The position numbers were made by a program, and so were the translations under genes. From Candidatus Saccharimonadota bacterium (GTDB lineage: Bacteria; Patescibacteriota; Saccharimonadia; Saccharimonadales; SZUA-47): a stretch of DNA of 64,000 nucleotides. The notes beneath the pieces were generated by a model. That model saw nothing but the letters and a program-made list of their open reading frames with translations, was not told where the DNA came from and made no database searches. The stretch covers positions 641,449-705,448 of the forward strand of contig CP065013.1 of NCBI GenBank assembly GCA_016700315.1, given 5' to 3'. Shown here one piece after another: positions 1 through 9,648 of this stretch (the stretch's first letter is position 1; each line of letters starts with the position of its first letter).

Positions 1-1
1 A

Positions 2-559
2 ATTGGCTATAAGCCCTGCGGCCCAAATGTCAGTGCAGAAGAAGTAGCTCTGCGAATGTTAAATGGCGAGACAATAGTTAAGCCAGGTGAAACCGCTGAA
101 TTTTTGAACGAAAACCCACAAGTAGAACTTGGCTTAAACAGATTCTATGAGCTTAGTAGCAGCGGCAACACGGCTTGGATAGACTACATCAGGAAAAATG
201 TTTCAATTACCAATGATGATGTACTTGACGGTGGTATAGACAGCGGTGTGAGGGCGCTCAAAGCTCGCACAGTTGCCTATGCGCTGGGTAACGATATGCG
301 TTTACAAAACCATCAATGTGACCCCAAAACTGGCGAGATTACTAGGCATGATGGTCCAAACAATAGATATAATAATCTTAAAGAGAATGACCAGGTGTGG
401 GTAATTGAATTAACTCCTGAACAGTTAGCAGATATGCAGGCTAGTGGAGCGAGTATCCCAGAAAATATAGTTATAATAGACGTAGATGACGAAACAAAAG
501 CCATTGTGTTGGAGCGTTTGGCTTGCAACAACCCTTTACTTGAACTCGTAAACTCATAA
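2..559 (+). CDS. hypothetical protein, 5' end outside window
   Basis: Reading frame is open from nt 2 to the stop at 557-559 (first ATG at 56). No recognisable motif. Confidence 0.45.
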   Translation: MGYKPCGPNVSAEEVALRMLNGETIVKPGETAEFLNENPQVELGLNRFYELSSSGNTAWIDYIRKNVSITNDDVLDGGIDSGVRALKARTVAYALGNDMRLQNHQCDPKTGEITRHDGPNNRYNNLKENDQVWVIELTPEQLADMQASGASIPENIVIIDVDDETKAIVLERLACNNPLLELVNS

Positions 560-711
560 TTCAAAGCATAAGCATTGTAAATATTCCTAAACCATTATGT
601 GATTGACTTATTTATTCCAGTTTCCTATACTTAAGTTAACCAAAATAACAGGGGCGGGTTGGTAAAACTAGCTAATTAAGCCGTCAAAATAAAAAAATAA
701 ACAAAAGTATG

Positions 712-740
712 TTGACAAAAATGCTAAGCAGTAGTATAAT
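712..740 (+). promoter_or_regulatory. sigma70-type promoter (TTGACA - 17 nt - TATAAT) upstream of the LPXTG protein gene
   Basis: TTGACA at 712-717 and TATAAT at 735-740, spaced 17 nt, about 55 nt upstream of the ATG at 794 (RBS GGAGAG). Confidence 0.5.
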
Positions 741-793
741 GCAATCAATAACTCTATAAAAAGCCGTGAGGGCCAGGAGTTGAAGGAGAGAAA

Positions 794-2803
794 ATGAAAA
801 GGATTTTTAATAAGTTTAAGACATTACTTGCTGCTGTGTTGGTAGTGGGTGCTGTTGGCGCAACTGGCCTTGCTTTGAAAAGCAGCGAAAGTGACGCCCT
901 AACAATTATTAGGAACTGTGACCCGACCGCAATCATATATTGTGGTGCAACTAGTGTTACCGAACTTAAGAATGATTATGCTAGCCGTGACGGTGGACGA
1001 TACCCAGATATCGCAGCTGTATATAGCTATTTTGGAATTTCAGCAAGTGATATCCAGAATATGGGTTCAACATTTAAAATGGGACAGGTTCACAAAGACG
1101 GTACTGTTTGGCTAAATGGTAAGCAAATTGGTTCAGGAGCAGTAACGGCTGGCCGTGTTAATAAACCCGGTAGTACTGCAATTCCTGGAACAAAAGCCTA
1201 TGCTCGAAGCACTCAAGTTGCTTTTGCGAGCGACGCGATCGAAGCCTTCATTGGCTTCCGCAACGGCTCGCCAGCCTGGGCAGTTCTAGCCGGTTGTGGT
1301 AACCCGATTAAATGGAATAAACCAGCTATTGAAATTGAAAAGACAGTACGAAACGCAGCTAACACTGCATGGGTTGAAAACGATACCTTTGCAAACGGCT
1401 CCACGATAACTTATCGATTGGTCGTAAAAAATACTGGTAAAGCCGCCGATACAAACGTTATCGTTAAAGACACTCTTCCTTCATACAACACCTTTGTTGC
1501 GGGTTCCGTTAAGGTAAACGGCGTCAGTAAAGGCGCTGCAGGCAACTCTCTTCTAACTTCAAGTGGTTTAAATCTAGGCACGGTTGCGGCTGGAACGAGC
1601 GTTGAAATTACATTCCAGGCCAAAGTGTCGGTCGCAACTGACAAGTGTGGTAATACCGCTTTCACTAACAAAGCAGTAGTCGATGGAGATAAAACTTCTG
1701 CTGACGAAGATACCGCTGGCGGAAACACGAATGTAGTTTGTGCAGTCGTAAAATGTGATGCATTAACAGCTAGCTCAACAACAGCGAAGCTCGGTGATAC
1801 TGTAAAGTACACGGCGAGTGCGACTCTGACAAATGCCACATTAAAATCTTACGAGTTTAAGGTTAACAACGTAGTGGTTCAGAACACAACTAGTAATGTT
1901 CTAGATCTCAAAACGACAAACGTTGGGACTTTCACAGTCAAAGTAACTGTCATGAGCGACAAGGGTAACGCCACTAGCGCAGCATGTGAGAAAACACTTA
2001 CTGTTACGCAGGAACCAGTTTTCAAATGTGACGAGCTTTCTCTAAGCGATTACGCGTTTGAGCTGGGCGAATCAACAACAGCGACTGCAAAAGCAAGCGC
2101 AACGGGTGCGACTATCAAGTCCTATGAGTTCCGTGTAAATGGTGAAGTTGTTCAGAATACCTCTAGTGCAAGCTACGTTTTCAAACCAACTGCCGTTGGA
2201 GAATACACAATCAAAGCAACCGTCATGACCGACAAGGGCAATGCCACTAGTGCAGCTTGTGAGAAGAAAGTTAAAGTTACACAAGTTGTAGATTTCAAGT
2301 GTGTCAACGTAACCGCAAGCAAACTAGGTCTAAAGATCGGCGAAACTTCAGTTATCACTGTTACAGCAAAACTTACCAACGCAACACTTAAATCTTATGA
2401 GTTCAGCGTAGATGGTGCAGTCGTACAGGATACTACTGCTAACAGCTTCAATTTCTCAAAAGATAAAGCGGGTGAGTACACTGTTTCTGTGAAGGTTGTA
2501 ACCGATAAGGGTAGCGATACAAATGCAAACTGCGTAGTAAAGATTAACGTCAGTGAAGAGCCAAAGTGCCCATACGACGAAACTTTGCCAGCAGATAGCC
2601 CAGATTGTAAGAAACCAGAAGTATGCCCATACAACGAGAATCTTCCAAAGGACAGTCCAGACTGTAAAAAGCCGCCAGTAGTATTAGGTGAGTCAACCTT
2701 GCCTGACACTGGTGCTGGGACAACCTTGATGGTATTCATAGTAGCTATGACGGCTGGTGCAGCGGTAGCTCACAGCACATATGCCCGACGAATCAGCCGC
2801 TAA
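794..2803 (+). CDS. LPXTG-anchored repetitive cell-surface protein
   Basis: N-terminal signal/TM segment (LLAAVLVVGAVGATGLAL). DUF11-like segment (TYRLVVKNTGKAADTNVIVKDTLP). Three 91-aa Ig-like repeats. C-terminal LPDTG, then a hydrophobic stretch and ARRISR, i.e. a sortase sorting signal. Confidence 0.8.
   Translation: MKRIFNKFKTLLAAVLVVGAVGATGLALKSSESDALTIIRNCDPTAIIYCGATSVTELKNDYASRDGGRYPDIAAVYSYFGISASDIQNMGSTFKMGQVHKDGTVWLNGKQIGSGAVTAGRVNKPGSTAIPGTKAYARSTQVAFASDAIEAFIGFRNGSPAWAVLAGCGNPIKWNKPAIEIEKTVRNAANTAWVENDTFANGSTITYRLVVKNTGKAADTNVIVKDTLPSYNTFVAGSVKVNGVSKGAAGNSLLTSSGLNLGTVAAGTSVEITFQAKVSVATDKCGNTAFTNKAVVDGDKTSADEDTAGGNTNVVCAVVKCDALTASSTTAKLGDTVKYTASATLTNATLKSYEFKVNNVVVQNTTSNVLDLKTTNVGTFTVKVTVMSDKGNATSAACEKTLTVTQEPVFKCDELSLSDYAFELGESTTATAKASATGATIKSYEFRVNGEVVQNTSSASYVFKPTAVGEYTIKATVMTDKGNATSAACEKKVKVTQVVDFKCVNVTASKLGLKIGETSVITVTAKLTNATLKSYEFSVDGAVVQDTTANSFNFSKDKAGEYTVSVKVVTDKGSDTNANCVVKINVSEEPKCPYDETLPADSPDCKKPEVCPYNENLPKDSPDCKKPPVVLGESTLPDTGAGTTLMVFIVAMTAGAAVAHSTYARRISR
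1745..2563 (+). repeat. 3 x 273-bp in-frame tandem repeat inside the surface protein gene
   Basis: The K-C codon pair recurs at 1751, 2024 and 2297 (period 273). Repeat peptides share ...KSYEF.V(N/D)G.VVQ(N/D)T...G(E/T)(Y/F)T(V/I)K(V/A)TVM(S/T)DKGNATSAACEK. Confidence 0.85.
2567..2680 (+). repeat. 2 x 57-bp in-frame tandem repeat (CPY(D/N)E(T/N)LP.DSPDCKKP)
   Basis: CPYDETLPADSPDCKKPEV is followed by CPYNENLPKDSPDCKKPPV. The Cys codons at 2567 and 2624 are 57 nt apart. Confidence 0.8.
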
Positions 2804-2895
2804 CAGTCTTGGTAAGAAAGCGAGCCTACTGCTACAATATAGGCAAGAGCAAGTGAGGTTCATTGACTGACCGCTACTCTTCAAAAAACCAAAAG

Positions 2896-2933
2896 GCACC
2901 CCCGAAGTAATTGCTTCGGGGGTGCTTATTTTT
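2896..2933 (+). terminator. rho-independent terminator
   Basis: 12-bp GC-rich stem (GCACCCCCGAAG / CTTCGGGGGTGC), 6-nt loop, then TTATTTTT. Confidence 0.7.
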
Positions 2934-2982
2934 GAGCTTAAATGTCTGGCTGCTACAATGGTAATAATAACTAGGAGTAAAG

Positions 2983-5685
2983 ATGCAGAAAAAATCAGTT
3001 TGGCAGCGTTTCGGAATCTTCTTTTATGATAAGTGGCGCTATACCTCATTGCTCATAGCTGTGGTAGCCGGTTTTGGTTTAGTCGCTTACACGACAATGA
3101 TGCGTAGGGAAGGGTTTCCTTCTGTTGAAATACCTGTCGGGTTTGTACAGGTGGTTTCGCTTGGGAGCGACGCCAAATCTAATGATCAGACCTTCGCGTT
3201 GCCGATAATCGAAGCCGCTAAACAAGCTAATGGTTTCAAAAAAGTCCAAGCTTCAAGTAGTGAACAGGGTAGTGCCGTTAGCATTACATTTAAAGACGGT
3301 ACAGATGTTCAATCGGAGCTAAATAAGCTTGAGGCAGGGCTGAAAGACAAATTACCGCAAAATGGCGCTCGGGTTGTTTATGTCAAAATCAATGCTAGTA
3401 AGTTTACGCCTGAGGGCGATGATTTACTAGTCAGCGTTCATGACGAATCATCTGATGCTGATGCGGTCGACAAAAAAGCAGCAGAGTTAGCGTCAATGAT
3501 CAAAAGTGCTGGTTTAAGTCAGGTTAAAGACGTCCATAATTTTCCTTCATTTGAGCGAAATGTTAACCCCGTAACTGGGGAGTCAAAGATTAGCCAAGTT
3601 AGGTTCGACAGATTCTATGATCAATCAAGCGATAAGTTCCTAACCTCTACACTAGTTGGAGTGACAGGGGTGGACAAGGCAGACCAACTAAAGCTTTATG
3701 ATCAGGTAAATGAGTTCCTGCACTCCGCAAGAGTCAAGGACGCAAATATAGATGGTGAGATCGCGCTTAGCTTTGCTGAGAATATTCGCGAGCAGATATC
3801 AGGGCTTCAACGAAACTTACTTGAAGGTTTAGCGGTTGTGCTACTTGTCAGCTTCATATTGATATCATTTAGAAGCTCAATCGTAACCGCTCTTTCCATG
3901 ACGATAACTGTGCTTGGTACCGTCGCCGTACTATATGCAATTGGCTATAGTCTAAATACGATCACACTGTTTTCGCTGGTGCTTTGCCTGGCACTGATAG
4001 TTGATGACACGACGATTATGGTAGAAGCAATTGATGCAGGCTTCAAAAAAGGCAAAAAATATCGCGATACGGTGCTAGAGGCTATTGGCAAGGTTATCCG
4101 CGCTTCCGCAACCGGGACACTGGCCACGATGTTGGCTTTTGCGCCGATGCTTTTTATTGGTGGCATACTAGGTAAATTCATCAAGGCCATACCTGTAACA
4201 ATAATCACTAGTCTTGGTGTAAGCCTGCTGGTGTCATTTATCTTTATTCCGCTATTAAAACGAGCGACATACGGCAAAATAATAAAGCATAAGAAAAGGG
4301 AGTTTCACCCAGCCGGTAAAATCGAAGAAGCTCTGGGCAATAGACTGTCGTCTACGCTCCGTTGGTCGGATCAAACTAGGCAAAGGCGCATACTAATGCG
4401 TCTTGGCGCTGTCATGGTCGGGCTTTCGTTCTTAGTGGCTGGCGGTCTAATATTTTCAAAAGTTAAGTTCAATATTTTTCCTAGCCCTAAAGACGGAACA
4501 GAAATTGTCGTTACGGCAAAAGTCAAGAACTCAGAAGCAGCTTCTATAGATTCAACTTCTGCAGTGACAGACCGTTCCTTATTGCTAATAAAAGACGTTT
4601 TAGGCGATGACCTAAGACATCTATCTTTAGTTGGTAACAGTGGCAGTGCCTCCTCTCAAGGTTACGGCGCGAACATCAGGCTATCGCCAATGAACGAGCG
4701 AAAGACTGGTTCGGTGGATTTGTCTCGTAAGCTTGAGACAGAGTTGAACGCAAGCGTACCAGAAATGTTTTTCAAGGTTACGCCTCAGGGAGCCGGTCCT
4801 CCTCCGGGCAGCTTTAGTGTTCAAGTAAATGCCGACAATGAACAGCAGGCCTATGTCTTGGCTAATGATGTGAAAAAGTTCCTCGAGACTACTTCAATCA
4901 AGCGACCTGATGGCAGTGAGGCTAAGTTTATTGAGTCTAGTGTGACACCATCGGTGATAGTTACTCGTAGTGGCAACCAAAGAGTGGTAACTGTAGATGC
5001 CAGGTTCAATGCTGATGACACCTCGGCATTGGTACAGCTGGGGCAAAAGCTAGTTGAGGACAAATATACGGCTGGCTACATTAAGTCGATTGGGGCAGAG
5101 CAGTCAAACATTTCCTTTGATTTTGGTTTCGAAGAAGAAAACCAGGAATCATTCGCCTCAATGGGTAAAGCCGCAGGGCCTTTGTTTCTAGCGATGTTCT
5201 TGATCATGGCGATTCTATTTAGGAGCTTGTTGCAGCCAATCTTGATTCTAACAGCTCTGCCTTTTGCCTTCTTTGGTGTAGCGGCTGGGCTATATTTAAC
5301 CAAAAATGAAATTAGCTTTTTCTCGATGCTTGGAGTTTTCGCGCTAATTGGGATTAGCCTTAACAACACGATCCTGCTAACCGACTATGCCAATCATTCC
5401 AGAGACAAGGGCCTAAAGCCTTCAGAAGCGATGGCTGCAGCCATCAAAGAACGTTTACGGCCTCTCCTCACCACCAGTATCACTAGTGTCTTGGCGCTTT
5501 TGCCGCTGGCGCTTAACGACCCATTCTGGGAAGGTTTAGCTTATGCGCTGATCTTCGGTTTGATATCTAGTACGCTTTTGGTGCTTCTGGTCTTCCCATA
5601 CTTTTACCTAATTGATGAGTCATTCAATAGCATTCTGGGCAGAGTTTTTAGGAAAGTCTTAAGGCACAAAACCAGAAAAGCTTAG
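2983..5685 (+). CDS. RND-superfamily efflux permease (AcrB-like, 900 aa)
   Basis: Two-fold pattern of one TM, a large loop and five TMs. Motifs LALIVDDTTIMVEAI and LIGISLNNTILLTDY are typical of RND TM4/TM10 regions. No adjacent membrane-fusion or outer-membrane partner. Confidence 0.7.
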   Translation: MQKKSVWQRFGIFFYDKWRYTSLLIAVVAGFGLVAYTTMMRREGFPSVEIPVGFVQVVSLGSDAKSNDQTFALPIIEAAKQANGFKKVQASSSEQGSAVSITFKDGTDVQSELNKLEAGLKDKLPQNGARVVYVKINASKFTPEGDDLLVSVHDESSDADAVDKKAAELASMIKSAGLSQVKDVHNFPSFERNVNPVTGESKISQVRFDRFYDQSSDKFLTSTLVGVTGVDKADQLKLYDQVNEFLHSARVKDANIDGEIALSFAENIREQISGLQRNLLEGLAVVLLVSFILISFRSSIVTALSMTITVLGTVAVLYAIGYSLNTITLFSLVLCLALIVDDTTIMVEAIDAGFKKGKKYRDTVLEAIGKVIRASATGTLATMLAFAPMLFIGGILGKFIKAIPVTIITSLGVSLLVSFIFIPLLKRATYGKIIKHKKREFHPAGKIEEALGNRLSSTLRWSDQTRQRRILMRLGAVMVGLSFLVAGGLIFSKVKFNIFPSPKDGTEIVVTAKVKNSEAASIDSTSAVTDRSLLLIKDVLGDDLRHLSLVGNSGSASSQGYGANIRLSPMNERKTGSVDLSRKLETELNASVPEMFFKVTPQGAGPPPGSFSVQVNADNEQQAYVLANDVKKFLETTSIKRPDGSEAKFIESSVTPSVIVTRSGNQRVVTVDARFNADDTSALVQLGQKLVEDKYTAGYIKSIGAEQSNISFDFGFEEENQESFASMGKAAGPLFLAMFLIMAILFRSLLQPILILTALPFAFFGVAAGLYLTKNEISFFSMLGVFALIGISLNNTILLTDYANHSRDKGLKPSEAMAAAIKERLRPLLTTSITSVLALLPLALNDPFWEGLAYALIFGLISSTLLVLLVFPYFYLIDESFNSILGRVFRKVLRHKTRKA

Positions 5686-5965
5686 AAATACGCGAACCAG
5701 TTGCTTAAAATGTACAGCGCCTGCAGGTAAGATGACAAGAACGATATAAGTCAGTTAAGTGAAATAGATTAGATGCTTGTTATTCATCAAAACGCCTGAC
5801 ATTTGCTGGAACCGTGCAAATACTAAGATACGACAAGTTGTACAACTGTTACTTTTCCCGAATGGAATTGTGTACGACTTTGAAACTGGTTTTGGAACCG
5901 CAGAAAAGATAAAATCTTATCTGTTAATAGAAAAAATGACGGATAATTCCGTCAAAAATTCTGAT

Positions 5966-6131
5966 TTGTTTATCTCACGGAGAATACTTTGTATAATCCG
6001 CCCGTTTGCCCTACTTCGCTAAAGCTTTGTAGAGCGGGGGATTAGCGAACTCCTTCGGAGTTCAAGATTTACACTGTAAATCCGCCAAGATAAAAACCCC
6101 AGGATAAATCCTGAGGTTCATATCTTGGTGA
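5966..6131. repeat. 166-bp direct repeat, copy B (distal from tRNA-Glu)
   Basis: 165/166 identical to 7190-7355. Contains a 14-nt copy of the tRNA-Glu 3' end (ATCTCACGGAGAAT on the + strand, 5972-5985). Confidence 0.9.
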
Positions 6132-6276
6132 ACTATGTTAAGTCGAAATCGAACGCAATCTGTACTGAGCTACTTGAAGTATACAGCTACATGAGAGCTA
6201 TAACAGCGATGGATAACATTCTCTTGCAGAGTAGAACCTACAGTATATCTTAGAGCTTGTCTTTCAACACTCTCAA

Positions 6277-7068
6277 CTACTTTGGCTGCCAGCCCTCCCA
6301 TGCACTAGCTATACCAGTCTCTGTCATATCTTTTGGTCGATAGCCAAGCAAGTCCGCAGCATCAAAATCAAACCTATCTTTATGCAGTGCTAAGAATCCT
6401 AACTGAGAAGTTAGTTCTTCAAAATAATGAGCATGGCTTAAGTATTCTGTTCTCATAAAACCGCTCTCGCCACCTCTCTGGCTCATTGGTCGCTCAAAGT
6501 CAGGTTTTGGATCGTAGCCCATTGCAAAGTAACCATCTTGCGTAATAAATGATTTCGTACCGTCTGGGCTACAAAATGTTAAGAGTGAATGCTTATCGGG
6601 CACTTGGTCAAGATAACCCTGAACGCCAGTAAGCAGTATGTCTCTAAAGCCCCAACCGTACATCATCTTGTGAAAATGGCTTTGGTAAACTTTTCGAAGA
6701 TGATCTGAATTAGAGCTTGTGAACATCTCCGCCTGATGTTCGGTGGGAGTTCTACTGACTGGTCCTGGGAAAAGCTCTTCTGGCTTAGGCTTTGCGATGT
6801 CAATTGTCAGGAAGCCCTCGCCTGTAAGTTGGGCATGTAATGCAGCAATCCGATCGCTATATTCACTATCTCTTAAGGCGTCCGAATCCGTTGGATAAGG
6901 TGAACCATAAATAGTTGTTTTCAATACTGAGCCAGCACGAGACATACCAATATAGTCCGAAATCGTTACGGCGTCATACCAAGCTTTCATCTCAGCTTCG
7001 GACACTTCGGGACTTTTCTCTATACCCTCTAATTCTTGAAGGAATCCTCTGGTTTCTCTCTCGCTCAT
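6277..7068 (-). CDS. hypothetical protein (263 aa), cargo between the 166-bp direct repeats
   Basis: Clean 263-aa ORF with no motif recognised. Lies between the repeat copies next to tRNA-Glu. Confidence 0.6.
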   Translation of the reverse strand: MSERETRGFLQELEGIEKSPEVSEAEMKAWYDAVTISDYIGMSRAGSVLKTTIYGSPYPTDSDALRDSEYSDRIAALHAQLTGEGFLTIDIAKPKPEELFPGPVSRTPTEHQAEMFTSSNSDHLRKVYQSHFHKMMYGWGFRDILLTGVQGYLDQVPDKHSLLTFCSPDGTKSFITQDGYFAMGYDPKPDFERPMSQRGGESGFMRTEYLSHAHYFEELTSQLGFLALHKDRFDFDAADLLGYRPKDMTETGIASAWEGWQPK

Positions 7069-7189
7069 AGCGATATTATCCTAATAAAAGATAGCCAATG
7101 CAAGCATGAGCAAAACGAAAAACAACAGATTACTTCGTCTGTTGTTTCCAAAATACACGGTGGTACTTATATTTCTTCTCTGTAATTTC

Positions 7190-7355
7190 TTGTTTATCTC
7201 ACGGAGAATACTTTGTATAATCCGCCCGTTTGCCCTACTTCGCTAAAGCTTTGTAGAGCGGGGGATTAGCGAACTCCTTCGGAGTTCAAGATTTACTCTG
7301 TAAATCCGCCAAGATAAAAACCCCAGGATAAATCCTGAGGTTCATATCTTGGTGA
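7190..7355. repeat. 166-bp direct repeat, copy A (abuts and overlaps the tRNA-Glu 3' end)
   Basis: 165/166 identical to 5966-6131. Its right end (GGTGA) overlaps the tRNA CCA/acceptor end. On the minus strand it contains a stem-loop followed by a T-run, a terminator for the tRNA. Confidence 0.9.
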
Positions 7356-7424
7356 TCTCACGGAGAATCGAACTCCGATTGCCAGGATGAAAACCTGGTG
7401 TCCTAACCGTTAGACGATGAGACC
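7350..7424 (-). tRNA. tRNA-Glu (anticodon UUC), CCA encoded
   Basis: Minus strand reads GGTCTCA TC GTCT AACGGTTA GGAC A CCAGG TTTTCAT CCTGG CAAT CGGAG TTCGATT CTCCG TGAGATC A CCA. This is a full cloverleaf of 75 nt. Confidence 0.85.
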
Positions 7425-7758
7425 TTGATATAACATTGTAAATGAACGGGGTTCGATTGGGAATCGACCTACCTAATTAGGCACTTTGTTGTGCTTTTGG
7501 GGTCCCTACAAAAACTTGTTTTTGTAGGGTGGTATGGATGAGACCACTTCGGAATGTGATGGTGTACTTTCCGTAGTGTCGACAAAACAAGTTTGCTCGA
7601 CACTACTAGAAACTTCACCAAGCTTCCTCGTTAGAAAAACTAAATCGGAATTTAGCTACCCCAAGAAACTTCGTTTGTTAAGATTTCTAACTAACTAGAT
7701 TTTCAACAACAAAATTATAACACAACAGAGGTAAAAGAGGAAGTGTATAATTAAAAGC

Positions 7759-8238
7759 ATGCACGTATTTTTTCATTTGATTTTTGCTTATGTGGGGCTT
7801 TGGCTTTTGACGAGAGAGTTTGGTAGAAAGTTCGAGCCGCGCAAACACTGGGGCTGGTTGGCCGTAGGCGTGGTTTTTGGGGTTTTGGCGGTACTTTCTT
7901 ACGATGTCTTTAGCGACTTGGTTGCCAATTGGATCTTACATTCTGTTGGTGGCGGCGCGGTAACGGCTCTAACTTACTTCTATTTCAAGGCTCACGTCAG
8001 GCCAAAATGGTCTTGGAGAGTGGATGCTGTCATGCTTTTTATGCTCGTATCGGCGCTCGGAGCAATCAACGAACTGGCTGAGTATGCTTACGAGTTAGCG
8101 CATCTTGGGACAATGAGCTTCGATACGCACGATACTTGGCGGGATCTAGTGGCAAATTCTGCCGGCGCACTGTTAACCTGGATTATCGTATCCTCACTTT
8201 TGAGAAAGAACTCCAACCCTGCTAGTAATAAAAGCTGA
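7759..8238 (+). CDS. hypothetical integral membrane protein (159 aa)
   Basis: About four hydrophobic helices. TATAAT at 7746-7751 lies only ~7 nt from the ATG, so the mRNA may be leaderless. Confidence 0.5.
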   Translation: MHVFFHLIFAYVGLWLLTREFGRKFEPRKHWGWLAVGVVFGVLAVLSYDVFSDLVANWILHSVGGGAVTALTYFYFKAHVRPKWSWRVDAVMLFMLVSALGAINELAEYAYELAHLGTMSFDTHDTWRDLVANSAGALLTWIIVSSLLRKNSNPASNKS

Positions 8239-9576
8239 TAATTTATTAACAGTTTCATTTAGTTTCCTTTCAACTGCTGATTCAGCCCAAATGCGGTAAA
8301 CAGGCTCGGTGCCTGAACCTCTAGTGTGGATTCTTACTACTCCCGCAACACTTTTTGCTGTATCGTTGATGAAGCTAATTGTTTCAGGGTCATTTGCTAT
8401 TTCTATTCCTGGGACTAGTTTGATGTTTTGCATTTTTTCATGCCACAAGGGTAACTCTTTGTATACGTTGGCAAATGTTTCGTCTAGGCTAGCGACTTTG
8501 CAGGCGAACCAAGCTGCCATATATACGCCGTCACCGCTCATTAGGTGGTCGGTGTCTATAAGGTGTCCGGTGAATTCGCCACCGCGCGTCCATTGACGAC
8601 CTTCTTGTTGCTTAATGATAAGGGCTTCAGTGACATTGCTATCACCGTTCTCGCAGTATTCAAAAGCTATGTTTTCTTCTCTTAGCTTTTTTACCAGACC
8701 ACTGTTAGTGTAATCAGTGCCAACTATCCCTGGCTGGCCTTGGGCAAGGTAGTACATAATATGGTTGCCTGTGATTTTGACGATCTTACCGTCAACCTTA
8801 CATACACCCATTACTCTGTCGCCGTCGCCATCATTAGCCAGCACACCCAAGAAGTCCTTGTCCGAAGCTTCGCTGTATTGTTCAATAAATCTTGTCGCTA
8901 GCGCAAGATCGTTGGCGCCGCAGCCGTCGTTGATCTTGCCACCCGGTTTGTCTATATGGATAACTCTAGCTCCTAGGGCTTTAAAGATTAGACTTGTGTA
9001 GTTTGCGGCTGCACCGTTGGCGGTGTCCAGAGCGATTGTCTTGTCTGCTAGGGGTCTTTCGCCAAAAGCAGATTTTAGTTTGTCTATAGTCTCAGTTAAG
9101 TAGGGTATGGATACTACATCGAAATATTTACCGTTTTGTTTGCTCCTGCTGCTACCCGCCATACCCCAAAACATATCTTCGATTACTCTGGCTTCTGCCT
9201 CGCTCGGCTTAAGCCCCTTTGGCCACAAAAACTTAAATCCGTTATATTCTTCCGGGTTATGACTAGCGGTGATAGAGATACCAAAAGCTCCTTCTTCAGA
9301 GCTTAATCTTTCAACCGAGGCACCAATGACGGGTGTCGGTGCTATGCCAAGGTCATAAACTTTTAAACCCTGATCGTAAGCGCCGCGCATTGCAGCGTCA
9401 GCTAAATCTCCCCCTGAAACTCGTGTGTCGCGGCCAAGGACAACTGTATCAGCGCCAGAAAACTCAGCACAAGCTGCAGCTAACCCATAAAATGTTGGAG
9501 GGCAAATCTCCCCAGGCACACCATGTTGCTTATATAGCCCTCTAACTCCGTCGGTTCCAAATAATGTTTTTGTCAT
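8194..9576 (-). CDS. phosphohexomutase (phosphoglucosamine / phosphomannomutase family)
   Basis: TASHNPEEYNGFKF (phospho-Ser loop), NDGDGDR (Mg loop), GGEFTGH (sugar loop), TRGSGTEPVYRI (phosphate loop). Confidence 0.85.
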   Translation of the reverse strand: MTKTLFGTDGVRGLYKQHGVPGEICPPTFYGLAAACAEFSGADTVVLGRDTRVSGGDLADAAMRGAYDQGLKVYDLGIAPTPVIGASVERLSSEEGAFGISITASHNPEEYNGFKFLWPKGLKPSEAEARVIEDMFWGMAGSSRSKQNGKYFDVVSIPYLTETIDKLKSAFGERPLADKTIALDTANGAAANYTSLIFKALGARVIHIDKPGGKINDGCGANDLALATRFIEQYSEASDKDFLGVLANDGDGDRVMGVCKVDGKIVKITGNHIMYYLAQGQPGIVGTDYTNSGLVKKLREENIAFEYCENGDSNVTEALIIKQQEGRQWTRGGEFTGHLIDTDHLMSGDGVYMAAWFACKVASLDETFANVYKELPLWHEKMQNIKLVPGIEIANDPETISFINDTAKSVAGVVRIHTRGSGTEPVYRIWAESAVERKLNETVNKLSAFITSRVGVLSQK

Positions 9577-9648
9577 GGTTAGAGATTATATGCATTTTCT
9601 GAAACAATTACCATGTTTTCGGCAACAATATTATGACAAAAAATAGAG

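Noticed and set aside
5777-6022. 81-aa ORF.
   Set aside because: Its 3' third is the 166-bp repeat that recurs non-codingly at 7190-7355. It has no RBS.
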